61,610 bases of DNA from assembly GCA_020722985.1 (NCBI GenBank), contig DYJU01000002.1, positions 1-61,610 of the forward strand, in the 5' to 3' direction. Shown in pieces: positions 1-9,271 of the stretch. Source of the stretch: Candidatus Methylomirabilis sp. Lineage in GTDB: Bacteria > Oederibacteriota > PGYV01 > DYJU01. Numbering within the stretch: the first letter of the stretch is position 1; every line of letters begins with the position of its first letter. The position numbers and the translations under genes are program-made. The notes beneath the pieces were generated by a model that was given only the letters and a program-made list of their open reading frames with translations, did not search any database and was not told the DNA's origin.

Positions 1-11
1 AAGGTTAAAAA

Positions 12-1241
12 GTGGGAAAAAGAACAATATACAATGAGAATAGAGAAAATAAAGACAGAAACCTTTTCATAAAAGAAGGTTTCAACTCTACTACTTATCC
101 ACAGGGTAGAAGGGGAATATTTGAACAAGCAGGAAAATCAATAATTACTTTAAAAGAAGCCAGTGAATGGGCATCTCAATATTTAAATCGCAGAGTTACA
201 ACTTCAAATATTTCATATTTAATTCAATATGGAAAAATAACAAAATATGGGGATAATGGCAATCCTTTAATAAGTGTTGAAGAGTTAAGAAATTATTATG
301 ACTCTTTTGATAAAGAAAAGCATTGGAAAAAAATATTAGGGAAAGACCTTAATTGGTATTTGTCGTTCGTAGAATACAAAGAGTCAGAGAGAACGAAACA
401 TGTTCATAGATTACATCCATAAAAAGGAAAATTTATTCCACAATTAGTAGGATATTTTCTTGATTCCCATACTGATGAATTTAAAAAAGAAATTTATTTT
501 CATAAAGGTGAGATAGTATTAAATCCTTTCTACGGTAGTGGAACAACCCTTGTCCAGGCAAATGAATTGGGTATGCACGCTATAGGGATAGACATTTCGT
601 CATTTAATGCTATGATAAGTAATGTTAAAATTTCAAAACACAACCTTGTTTTGCTTACAGAAGCGATTAAAAATATAACATTAAAATTAAAAGAGTTTCA
701 AAAGACAAAAAATAATGTTCTGTTTGAAGAAAATTTACTTTCTGAACTTGGAAAATATAATTTAAGATATTTCCCATCACCAGAATATAAAAGAAAAGTA
801 ATAAATGGCGAAATAGATGAGGAAGAATATGCTAAAGAAAGAGAAGGCGAATTTCTAAATATTTATTATAACTTAATAAAAAAATATCACTTAAAAATTA
901 ACCAGGACAAGAATGAAAATTTTATGGACAAATGGTTCTTGTTTCCTGTCCGGGAAGAAATTGATTTTTTATTTCATCAATTAAAAAATGTACACAATTC
1001 TGATATAAAAGAAGTTTTGGCAATTATTTTAAGTAGAACTGTTCGTTCCTGCAGAGCAACAACGCATGCGGATTTGGCAACCCTGAAAGAGCCTGTTACA
1101 ACAACATATTACTGTAAGAAACATGGGAAGATATGTAAACCAATATTTTCTATTACAAACTGGTGGGAAAGATATACATTAGAAATAGGCCCTTTGTTTA
1201 AAGGACAAGGGAAAGAGGCAAGAGATTCTTATATACATTGA
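12..1241 (+). pseudogene. DNA methyltransferase-like gene. One reading frame (12-1241) is interrupted by an in-frame TAA at 420-422. The SAM-binding motif is present, but no (D/N/S)PP(Y/F) catalytic motif is found.
   Basis: ORFs 12-422 and 567-1241 share a frame. My translation of 423-566 is open and reads KGKFIPQLVGYFLDSH...GEIVLNPFYGSGTTLVQANELG. Together this gives HRLHP*KGKFIPQL plus FxGSGTT, as in N6/N4 DNA methyltransferases. Confidence 0.6.
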
Positions 1242-2131
1242 TTATGAATTTATTCTTACGTTTAAAAAATTAGGAAAAGCTCCACTGGTTTCTAAAGAAG
1301 CAAAAGAAAAGTCAAAACTCACAAATGAAGAATGGAACAAATATTTTAATGGACACTGGGATTTTCCGGGAGAGAAACAAAACGGTCATATTGCTATGTT
1401 TCCATTAGAATTACCGCGTCGTTTGATAAAAATGTTTAGTTTTTACGGTGATACCGTTCTGGACCCGTTTTTAGGGAGCGGGACAACTACAAAAGCAGCT
1501 TTGGATTTAGGTAGAAACTCAATTGGTTATGAAATAAACAAAAATTTTTTAAGTGCAATTAAATCCAAAATTGGTATAAACCAGGAACCCGCACTTTTCA
1601 GAGAAAATTTTGATTGCGAAATTATCTATCAAAAAAATAACAATAAAACAAATGGAAATAAAACAATAGGTTTTAATAATAATCATATAGAAAGATTGGT
1701 TGACCCTAAAAAATTCAAATTTGGAACAGTCATAGATATGAACGGAAAACAAAAAAAAGAAGATTCTTATAAAGTTATTTCTATATCTGCTCCCAATGAG
1801 ATAGTGCTTGATTCAGGACAAAAAATAAGATTATTGGGAGTCCTTCCTATTGAGGAAGAATATTATAAGAAAAAAGCAATCTCATTTCTTAATAATTTAA
1901 CTTCAGGAAATAAGGTATTCGTAAAATATGACGGACAAAAGTTTGACAATGCAAAAAATCTTTTAGCTTATGTTTATTTGCAAAATAAAACATTTCTGAA
2001 TGCAAAACTTATAAAAAAGGGGCTGACCAAAATGTGATAAAGAATTGGATTTTCAATTTAAGGATAGGTTCATGAAGTATGAAGATGAAGCAAAACAATT
2101 AAAAGTAGGCATTTGGGAAAAGGAAGGATAA
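1189..2131 (+). pseudogene. 5'-truncated beta-class N4/N6 DNA methyltransferase C-terminal half fused to a staphylococcal-nuclease (SNase)-like domain. A 1-nt frameshift lies near 2029-2035.
   Basis: HWDFPGEKQNGHIAMFPLELPRRLIKMFSFYGDTVLDPFLGSGTT matches the PF01555-type motif X/I. The C-terminus ...NLLAYVYLQNKTFLNAKLIKKGLTK is SNase-like. After a +1 shift in the A-run at 2029-2032 it continues as CDKELDFQFKDRFMKYEDEAKQLKVGIWEKEG*, with the stop at 2129-2131. Confidence 0.6.
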
Positions 2132-2134
2132 ATT

Positions 2135-2716
2135 ATGGCAAAAGAATGGATTTTGAACAGTGTTATAAATAGATGGGGACTTCAAAAAAAGAAGATGGTT
2201 GGGGCAGTCTCTGATGAGATAAGAAAATGCTCGCCAAGAACCGTTAAGGACTGGGAAAATTATTATTTTAAAAATGTCTATCCCAAAGAACATCTTGTTG
2301 AAATAGGGGAAAAACTTTATGTAAAAATAACTGAAGTTCTAAGAGCAGAAATAGACGATATTAAGGAAGAAGATTGTATAGATTATGTTATAAATTTAGT
2401 GATAAATCGGACTTTTGACGGCTATATGACAGAAAAAAAAACAATCTATGAGCAACTACAGTATATTTTGGGAGTAAAAATTAAACCCGCTCCTGATAAA
2501 TGGGATAGATTGTTTAACGTTGATTTTTTTATAAAAATTAAAGATAAGTTTATTGGATTACAAATCAAACCAGCTGGATATGCTTTTATTACCCAGATAA
2601 TAAACGAAAGAAAAAATCAGGAAGCGACACATAAAAAATTTACAACCCAATATGGCGGTAAAGTATTCTATGTAATTTCAATAAAAGAAGACGATAAAAA
2701 GAAGATATATATATAA
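2135..2716 (+). CDS. Putative type II restriction endonuclease (PD-(D/E)XK-like; possibly MjaI-like, unverified).
   Basis: An intact 193-aa ORF starts 4 nt after the methyltransferase/SNase stop, behind AAGGAAGGA. It has a candidate nuclease core ...FNVDFFIKIKDKFIGLQIKP (D...QxK). The operon context with methyltransferase genes supports the call. Confidence 0.45.
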   Translation: MAKEWILNSVINRWGLQKKKMVGAVSDEIRKCSPRTVKDWENYYFKNVYPKEHLVEIGEKLYVKITEVLRAEIDDIKEEDCIDYVINLVINRTFDGYMTEKKTIYEQLQYILGVKIKPAPDKWDRLFNVDFFIKIKDKFIGLQIKPAGYAFITQIINERKNQEATHKKFTTQYGGKVFYVISIKEDDKKKIYI

Positions 2717-3324
2717 CACCGAGGTTATTGAGTAAATAAAACAAGAAATAGAACGGCTTAAAAAATAGTTTTACGTTGAGTTATTTGCTTTGCTTTTATC
2801 TTGTTCGGGCGACAACGGTTCGCCAAACACGATAATTGTGCCTTTTCTGCGATATTTGAACATTTTTATAAAAAAGTAACTCTGTTTCGACGAAATATGA
2901 AGTTAGTCTACCGTTAAATGCGAAAAACCAATCCTCCATGCAAATATTAAGGGATTATAATGAAGAAAACTAATAACTCAACATCAAAAGTAAACTTATA
3001 AAAATTTATCAATTGGTAAAAAACTCTCAGAAGTATTATTACAAGGAAATTAAAAAATACTGAAAATAATATGAGTCATACAAAACAATCTTGATTTTAT
3101 CACTTGATGCCTGTTCTCCTTGTTTTCCTACGTCTTCAACTGCAAAATTGCTTTATCAACCACATATCCCTTTATTTTTCTTTCTACGCTTCTCTTTCGG
3201 CTTCCTGAAAACGGCACACCGCCAGGTATTTCCTTACCAGTTGCCACACTTTTACAAGCGGACTTCTGGTGGCTGAACTATTACAAAAACTGTTATTATT
3301 ATATACCCAACAAAGAAAAATTTT

Positions 3325-5292
3325 TTAATAATTATCTTCTGTTATCCCTTTAAAGTTATCTGTCCTGAATGGGAGGGCAGGTAGACCTTCTTTATTATAT
3401 AAATTACATTCCGGAGAATCTGCCCAGGCATAACGCACAGCATAAGGTTCTTTTATTTCATCATTCCACACAACAACAGTATCTTTATCCTTTATCTCTG
3501 CTTTTGCCCATTTAAATTTTTTGTCGGTCCCGGCGGCTATTGCAAAACCTTTTAATTCACCATTTTTAGATACCAGACCACTTCCAGTATATCTAAATTT
3601 TATATATATTTTATTTTCTTTTATCTCCATTGATTCATATAAAGGTCCTGTTAAAACTCCATTTTTATCATAAAGTAAAACAAGTGCTGCGTTTGCCAAT
3701 CTTTCCCCAACAGGTCTTTTTATTTTAGGATGAATGTCTTTTTCATCGCCAAGGTCAATAATAGGCACAGTCACAACTTTGGGCAAATTAAGCATTGCTT
3801 TTAATTGTGCTTCTCTTAATTCTGCCCATGCACTTTCTGAAGGTTCGTTTTTCTCTGGTAAAAAATTAGGAAGTTGAACAATAAAAAATGGAATTTCATA
3901 TCCCCATGTATCACGCCAGTTTTTAATCATTAAAGGTAATAATGTTTCATATTGTTTTGCTTTTTCTGCATTTGATTCTCCCTGATACCATAAAACCCCT
4001 TTTATTTTAAAATTAGCAAATGGATGAACCATACCATTATACAAAACTGATGGCAACTCAACCGTTATTGATTTTATATTAAATTGAAGTTGTTTAATTG
4101 CATTTTGAGTAAATGGTTTTGCAATTCCCCATCCACCCTGTTTAAAAGAAGAAATCGGTATTCTTAAATATTTAGGTAAAGATGTTGCTTCAAAATCTTC
4201 TGATGAGTAAAAATCATAATCTTCTATACCTGGTTGACATAAAGCCAGAGAAAATTTTCCATTACCTGAAACATTTAATTCTATAAATTCATAATCAGAA
4301 AGATCAAAAGGGCTACTGTTACTATTAAGTAATGTTCCTGCGCCAGCCCATGCATTAAATCCAATTGTCCCCTGAATAATTCCTTTCCCATTTTCACTTT
4401 TAAATTCAGTAAAAGAACCTGGTTTTGCAAATGAATACCATGAACCACCAATATCACCGACGCAATTTTCACAAAATTTAACAACCAACGATTTTTTATC
4501 TACTACCTTCGGTATAAATTTCAATTCAGAAATTTCTATTTTATAATCCATTCCTTTACCATAATTCCACTTTTTCCAGTCAAATTTGGAAAAATTCCAT
4601 CGCTTTAAAATGGATTCTGTAATCTGATTGCCTTTCATCATTTTAGCATCAAGCCATATTTCAATCGGCGTTCCACCCCATGATGAATTAATAAGTCCAA
4701 CAGGTATTCTGGTTTCCCCATACATCTTTTTACCAAAAAAATATGCAATTGCAGAAAATGTCTGTGCATTTTCTTTATTGCATGTCAGCCATGAGCCACT
4801 TGCATCTTTTAAAGGATAAGGTGAAGGAATCTGCCCCTGTATAAAAAATCTTATTTTATCGTTTTCTATAAAATTTTTCAGTTCTTCCTCACCATCCTTA
4901 CTATGCATCAATTGCCATTCCATATTTGATTGTCCAGAACAAAACCACACATCACCTATTAAAATATTTTTAAGTATAATTTTTTCATTGGCAGAAGAGA
5001 TTTTCATCTGATAAGGACCTCCCGGCTGTCTGGGCTTTAATTTTGCCTGCCATTCACCCTGACTGTTAATTTTTACTGTAGCATTTTCATCAATAAAATC
5101 AATCATAACTTCTTTATTCGGTTTACCATAACCATAGATAACAATTTCCGCATCTCTTTGTAAAACCATATTATCTGAAAAAATATCTGATAACCTTAAT
5201 TTTTTATCTGCTTTTATATAAAGTGGAATGAATAAAAAAAGCATAGAAAAAATAAAAATTTGTTTTAGTGGTCCCATAAAAACTCCTTTCAT
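3325..5292 (-). CDS. Secreted SASA/DUF303-type carbohydrate (sialate-like) O-acetylesterase.
   Basis: N-terminal signal peptide; the motifs CSGQSNMEW, WYQGESN and DIHPKIKRPVGERLA are typical of the family. Confidence 0.75.
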   Translation of the reverse strand: MKGVFMGPLKQIFIFSMLFLFIPLYIKADKKLRLSDIFSDNMVLQRDAEIVIYGYGKPNKEVMIDFIDENATVKINSQGEWQAKLKPRQPGGPYQMKISSANEKIILKNILIGDVWFCSGQSNMEWQLMHSKDGEEELKNFIENDKIRFFIQGQIPSPYPLKDASGSWLTCNKENAQTFSAIAYFFGKKMYGETRIPVGLINSSWGGTPIEIWLDAKMMKGNQITESILKRWNFSKFDWKKWNYGKGMDYKIEISELKFIPKVVDKKSLVVKFCENCVGDIGGSWYSFAKPGSFTEFKSENGKGIIQGTIGFNAWAGAGTLLNSNSSPFDLSDYEFIELNVSGNGKFSLALCQPGIEDYDFYSSEDFEATSLPKYLRIPISSFKQGGWGIAKPFTQNAIKQLQFNIKSITVELPSVLYNGMVHPFANFKIKGVLWYQGESNAEKAKQYETLLPLMIKNWRDTWGYEIPFFIVQLPNFLPEKNEPSESAWAELREAQLKAMLNLPKVVTVPIIDLGDEKDIHPKIKRPVGERLANAALVLLYDKNGVLTGPLYESMEIKENKIYIKFRYTGSGLVSKNGELKGFAIAAGTDKKFKWAKAEIKDKDTVVVWNDEIKEPYAVRYAWADSPECNLYNKEGLPALPFRTDNFKGITEDNY

Positions 5293-5377
5293 TTATAAAT
5301 TTTCAAATTAAAAATCAAACCTTTTTAATCTTTAATCCGCCACTGTTTTTCCAATTTACATACATCCAATTATAAAT

Positions 5378-7402
5378 TTATATAATTCCTTTATCATCAA
5401 GTATGCTTTTCACTCTATTTTTACTCTGCTTTTTGGCAAGGTAAAGGTATTCATCGGCATTTTTTATCAAATCCCTCATTGTTTTTGCATAATCAGGATA
5501 TGTGCAAACGCCTAAACTCAATGTTATTTTCCTTTTCTCTTTTTCATTACCGCCTTCTAAATTTTTTTCACAAAAACTTCTTATCTCCTCTGCAATTTTA
5601 TTTGCGGAAATAATATCATAATTTTCTAAAACAAAAATAAATTCTTCGCCACCATATCTAGCAGCATAAGTTCTTTCATATTTTTTTTCAAATTTTTTTA
5701 AGGTATCTGCAACCTTTTTTAATACTCCGTCGCCTTCCTGATGACCGAAAGCATCATTGAAATTTTTAAAATTATCAATATCGGAAATTATTACCGAAAC
5801 ACATGCAAATTCCCTTTTATCACATTTCTCCAGACTTTCTCTTAATTTTTTTTCAAATGTGATATGGTTTAAAATCTGGGTTAACCCATCTAAAGTTGCC
5901 TGCTTTATCATACGTTCATATAATTCTGCATTTTCAAATAATATGGTAATGCTTGCTAATATTGTTTCAATAGTTTTTATTTCAAAATCATTAAAGTTGC
6001 TGCCAATTTTCTTGTCAAGTTTAATAAAACCATAAATTAAATTTTTCTTTCTTAAAACGGCCATAAAAAAGCTATCTATATTTTCTCTGCCAAAATTCAA
6101 TTTAATATTTTTTTGTAGAACATTTTCAACAATTATATTTTTTCCAGAATTATATACATATTTTAAAATTTCATCTTCTTCAATAGATAGTTCTCTCCCG
6201 GTTATACTGGATTGGTATCCAAAATTTTCACTGATTGTAAACTTATTATTCTCGTAATTAAATTCCGCAATATATCCAGAAATAATATCAAATGTTTTTA
6301 TTTCTTCAAGAAAATGACGCATAACTTTACCTTTGCCTTCTAAAATATTAAGTTTTTCATAAATATCATAAAGTTTACTAATCTGTTTTTCTTTATTAAC
6401 AATATAATTTCCCAATTCAAAAATTTTTAATATATCCAATATTTCTTCTGAAAGATTTGTTATTTTTTCTTTTATATAATCCACCTCAGTTATATCAGTT
6501 TCAAAATCAACAATTATTGCTCCTATTAACTTATCCTTTACTATTTTTTTTATAACTAATTTTTTTATACCCTGGGGGGGTGGTTCAAGATAATAAGGGA
6601 CATTTACATATTTTACATCCATAATAAAAAAATCATTCTTTTTTAGCGTTGCGCCTAAAATATCTTCATTCAAGTCAATCTTAAAATTTCTATTTATGAA
6701 TTCTGTATATTTTGAAGTGTAGGTTATCAAATCAAAAAGTTCTTCTTGTTTATAATTTCTTATTAAAAGAAGAATTGAAACCGGATTTAATATAGATTGA
6801 TAAATTTTAAGATAATTAAAAAGCAAATTATAAATCTGCGTTTTCAAATCTTTTATTTCTTTTTCTATTCCTATGCTTATTTCTTTTTCTTCTCTTTTTT
6901 TTAGTTTCAAATTAACAATATAAAAAAAACCAGTTATAAAAAAAGATAAAATAAAAATAAAATAATCATCAACTGTAAAATACATTATCTGCTTTATAAG
7001 ACATAAAAATGAAAGAAGTATAAAAATTAGAGAATGTTTTAAAATTCCACTATATGCAATAAAAAAAATAAAAATAACTATTATCCATTTTAAATAAGAT
7101 TTAATACCCCCTGATAAATTTATTACTGATATTATAATTATAAATACTAAATAAAATATCCTCAATAAATCTTTTTTCCCAAATTGTTCCTTAATTTTTT
7201 CAAAATATAAAATTACAAAAAAAAATATAATAAAAATGAAAATATCCCTTAAATAATTAATAATAAATTTTGGATATAAACCTATTAAATTAATAAAAAA
7301 AATTACAAGCCAACAAAATACGGTAAAATATAAAAGAAAAATTTTAAAATTTATTTTTTTTCTTTTAGGCTGGTATACATACTGGTCTTTATTAATTTCC
7401 AT
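5378..7402 (-). CDS. Membrane-bound diguanylate cyclase (multi-TM N-terminus, GAF-like middle, GGDEF domain).
   Basis: About 6 hydrophobic helices at the N-terminus. The C-terminal domain has DIDNFKNFNDAFGHQEGD and RYGGEEF. No RxxD I-site is seen upstream of GGEEF. Confidence 0.85.
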   Translation of the reverse strand: MEINKDQYVYQPKRKKINFKIFLLYFTVFCWLVIFFINLIGLYPKFIINYLRDIFIFIIFFFVILYFEKIKEQFGKKDLLRIFYLVFIIIISVINLSGGIKSYLKWIIVIFIFFIAYSGILKHSLIFILLSFLCLIKQIMYFTVDDYFIFILSFFITGFFYIVNLKLKKREEKEISIGIEKEIKDLKTQIYNLLFNYLKIYQSILNPVSILLLIRNYKQEELFDLITYTSKYTEFINRNFKIDLNEDILGATLKKNDFFIMDVKYVNVPYYLEPPPQGIKKLVIKKIVKDKLIGAIIVDFETDITEVDYIKEKITNLSEEILDILKIFELGNYIVNKEKQISKLYDIYEKLNILEGKGKVMRHFLEEIKTFDIISGYIAEFNYENNKFTISENFGYQSSITGRELSIEEDEILKYVYNSGKNIIVENVLQKNIKLNFGRENIDSFFMAVLRKKNLIYGFIKLDKKIGSNFNDFEIKTIETILASITILFENAELYERMIKQATLDGLTQILNHITFEKKLRESLEKCDKREFACVSVIISDIDNFKNFNDAFGHQEGDGVLKKVADTLKKFEKKYERTYAARYGGEEFIFVLENYDIISANKIAEEIRSFCEKNLEGGNEKEKRKITLSLGVCTYPDYAKTMRDLIKNADEYLYLAKKQSKNRVKSILDDKGII

Positions 7403-7407
7403 AAAAT

Positions 7408-7752
7408 TTATTTGAATTTTTTTATGGCTTCATCTATATCTTTATAATATTCCAGAATATTTGTAAAATCTAAAAGTTCAAAAATTTCAACTACTTCTGG
7501 TTTCATATTAACAAGTTTTAAATCACCTTTATTTTTTCTAATATTTTTTATTTCACTGACAAAGATACCCCATCCAGCACTGCTTATATAATCTATATCC
7601 GAAAGGTCAATTATTATTTTATAGTTACGTTTTTGCAATAAATCACTTAAAGTATTTTCCAGTAATTGAGATGTCGTTGTATCAATAAATCCCTTACATA
7701 CAATTACTTTTACATCTCCTTTATCCTGCACAGATATTGTTAAACCTTCCAT
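7408..7752 (-). CDS. STAS-domain protein (anti-sigma-factor antagonist, SpoIIAA/RsbV-like).
   Basis: DLSDIDYISSAGWGIF contains the conserved Ser. I placed the start at the internal ATG at 7752, which is preceded by AAGGAGG. The longer ORF to 7824 overlaps the NUDIX gene. Confidence 0.8.
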   Translation of the reverse strand: MEGLTISVQDKGDVKVIVCKGFIDTTTSQLLENTLSDLLQKRNYKIIIDLSDIDYISSAGWGIFVSEIKNIRKNKGDLKLVNMKPEVVEIFELLDFTNILEYYKDIDEAIKKFK

Positions 7753-7774
7753 ATTAATCCTCCTTAAAGAAACA

Positions 7775-8251
7775 CTATTCTTTCCATTTAGTTTTAAAAA
7801 ATCCATATATATCTTTAAACCCATTTTTCCACATTTTTATTATAACATTTTTTATATCAGGATAAAACAAGATTTTTTTAAATCTTTCAATATTAATAAA
7901 TTCTGCATCTTTCAAAACTCTATCAGAATTCACTTTTAATGTATTATTTTCGTATATTTCAACTTTAAAATATATATTCAAAATATGCCTTTTTTCATCA
8001 GGATAAATTGTTTCATTTAAAAAAACTAAATTTTTTATTTTTTTAATTTTTAAAGAAAGTTCTTCTTTTAATTCCCTTTTTAAAGCATTTTCAAATGTTT
8101 CTCCATATTCAACCCCACCTCCCGGAAATAACCAATATGATTTCCCTTTTTTTCTATGATTTACCAGTAATAACTCATTTTTTTTATTTAATATTATAGC
8201 CGCTATTCTTATTCTTATGTATTTATTCATTGAAAAGTTTATCCTGCTCAT
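7775..8251 (-). CDS. NUDIX hydrolase.
   Basis: Nudix box [24 protein letters not shown]. The start is uncertain (8251 or 8230). Confidence 0.8.
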   Translation of the reverse strand: MSRINFSMNKYIRIRIAAIILNKKNELLLVNHRKKGKSYWLFPGGGVEYGETFENALKRELKEELSLKIKKIKNLVFLNETIYPDEKRHILNIYFKVEIYENNTLKVNSDRVLKDAEFINIERFKKILFYPDIKNVIIKMWKNGFKDIYGFFKTKWKE

Positions 8252-9257
8252 CTTTTTTTATTTTAAAATAATTATATGCCTTATCTGTTACCTTTCTTCC
8301 ACTTGGCGTTCTTTGAATAAAACCGATCTGTATTAAAAAAGGTTCATAAACATCTTCTATTGTATCTGGTTCTTCTGAAACCGCAACTGCTATTGTATCA
8401 ATTCCAACTGGACCACCTTTGAATTTTTCTATTATAGTTTTTAAAATTTTCTTGTCCATCGTATCCAGACCCAATTCATCTATTTCCATAAGTTTTAATG
8501 CATCATTAACAACATTAAAATTTACTTCACCATCTGCTTTTACCTCTGCAAAATCTCTTACTCTTTTTAGTAATCTATTTGCAATCCTCGGGGTTCCCCT
8601 CGAGCGTTTAGCTAATTCTTCTATTGCATCTTCATCTACTTTTAATCCAAGTATACCTGCGGAACGTTTAAGAATTTTTTTTAAGGATTCCACATCATAA
8701 AAATCAACCCTGTAAGCTGCTCCGAACCTATCACGTAAAGGAGCAGTTACCAGCCCTATCCGTGTTGTTGCTCCTATTAAAGTAAATTTAGGCAAATTTA
8801 TCCTGAAGGTTTTAGCTGATGGTCCTTTTCCAATAATAATATCTAAAACAAAATCTTCCAAGACAGGATACATAATTTCTTCCACTGCCCTGTTTAACCT
8901 GTGTATCTCATCAATAAAAAGGACATCATTTTCTTCTAAATTTGTAATAATTGCTGCTAAATCTCCTGCCCTTTCTATCACAGGTCCTGCTGTTACTTTT
9001 ATATTAACGCCTAATTCATTTGCAATTATATGAGCAAGTGTTGTTTTCCCGAGTCCGGGTGGTCCATGAAAAAGTATATGTTCTGGTGGTTCTTTTCTTT
9101 TTCTGGCAGCTTCTATTAATATGTTTAATTTTTCTATTACTTTTTCCTGTCCTATATAATCCTTGAGATATTTGGGTCTTAAATTTTTTTCAACTGTTTT
9201 TTCATTTTCCTTTAAAAAAGGTTCTGATATTTTATCACTTTTATTTTCTTTTTTCAT
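8223..9257 (-). CDS. ruvB: Holliday junction branch-migration ATPase RuvB.
   Basis: [12 protein letters not shown], Walker [12 protein letters not shown], and DEIHRL. Confidence 0.95.
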   Translation of the reverse strand: MKKENKSDKISEPFLKENEKTVEKNLRPKYLKDYIGQEKVIEKLNILIEAARKRKEPPEHILFHGPPGLGKTTLAHIIANELGVNIKVTAGPVIERAGDLAAIITNLEENDVLFIDEIHRLNRAVEEIMYPVLEDFVLDIIIGKGPSAKTFRINLPKFTLIGATTRIGLVTAPLRDRFGAAYRVDFYDVESLKKILKRSAGILGLKVDEDAIEELAKRSRGTPRIANRLLKRVRDFAEVKADGEVNFNVVNDALKLMEIDELGLDTMDKKILKTIIEKFKGGPVGIDTIAVAVSEEPDTIEDVYEPFLIQIGFIQRTPSGRKVTDKAYNYFKIKKDEQDKLFNE

Positions 9258-9271
9258 TTTTATACTTTCCT

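Noticed and set aside
420-422. Stop-codon reassignment (TAA read as an amino acid).
   Set aside because: TAA clearly terminates many well-conserved genes in this window at their expected ends (for example rpmJ, rpmG, rplL and rpsJ).
771-788. FPSPEY as a degenerate SPPY catalytic motif of the first methyltransferase.
   Set aside because: It is not preceded by the hydrophobic beta-strand expected before motif IV, and the second Pro is replaced. It is more likely coincidental.
2706-2768. Possible lost C-terminal extension of the restriction ORF (YIYNTEVIE*IKQEIERLKK* in another frame after the (TA)n run).
   Set aside because: It would need both a frameshift in the TA repeat and read-through of a TAA. 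A-rich sequence easily gives K/E-rich pseudo-peptides by chance.
3090-3290. Possible SRP RNA, RNase P RNA or tmRNA in the GC-elevated patch.
   Set aside because: I looked for the SRP helix-8 pattern (AGG...GNRA...AGCA), for an RNase P P4 partner of AGAAGUCCGC, and for a tmRNA tRNA-like 3' end. None could be paired or found. The patch is left as an unclassified candidate only.
3091-3353. Plus-strand ORFs 3091-3276 and 3120-3353.
   Set aside because: They are pyrimidine-rich with low-complexity translations and no SD. The second overlaps the 3' end of the esterase gene. No recognisable domain was seen.
4062-4545. About 150-residue segment between the GQSNM half and the WYQGESN half of the esterase, as a possible inserted carbohydrate-binding module.
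   Set aside because: I cannot tell from sequence alone whether this spacing is normal for the SASA/DUF303 family, so no claim is made.
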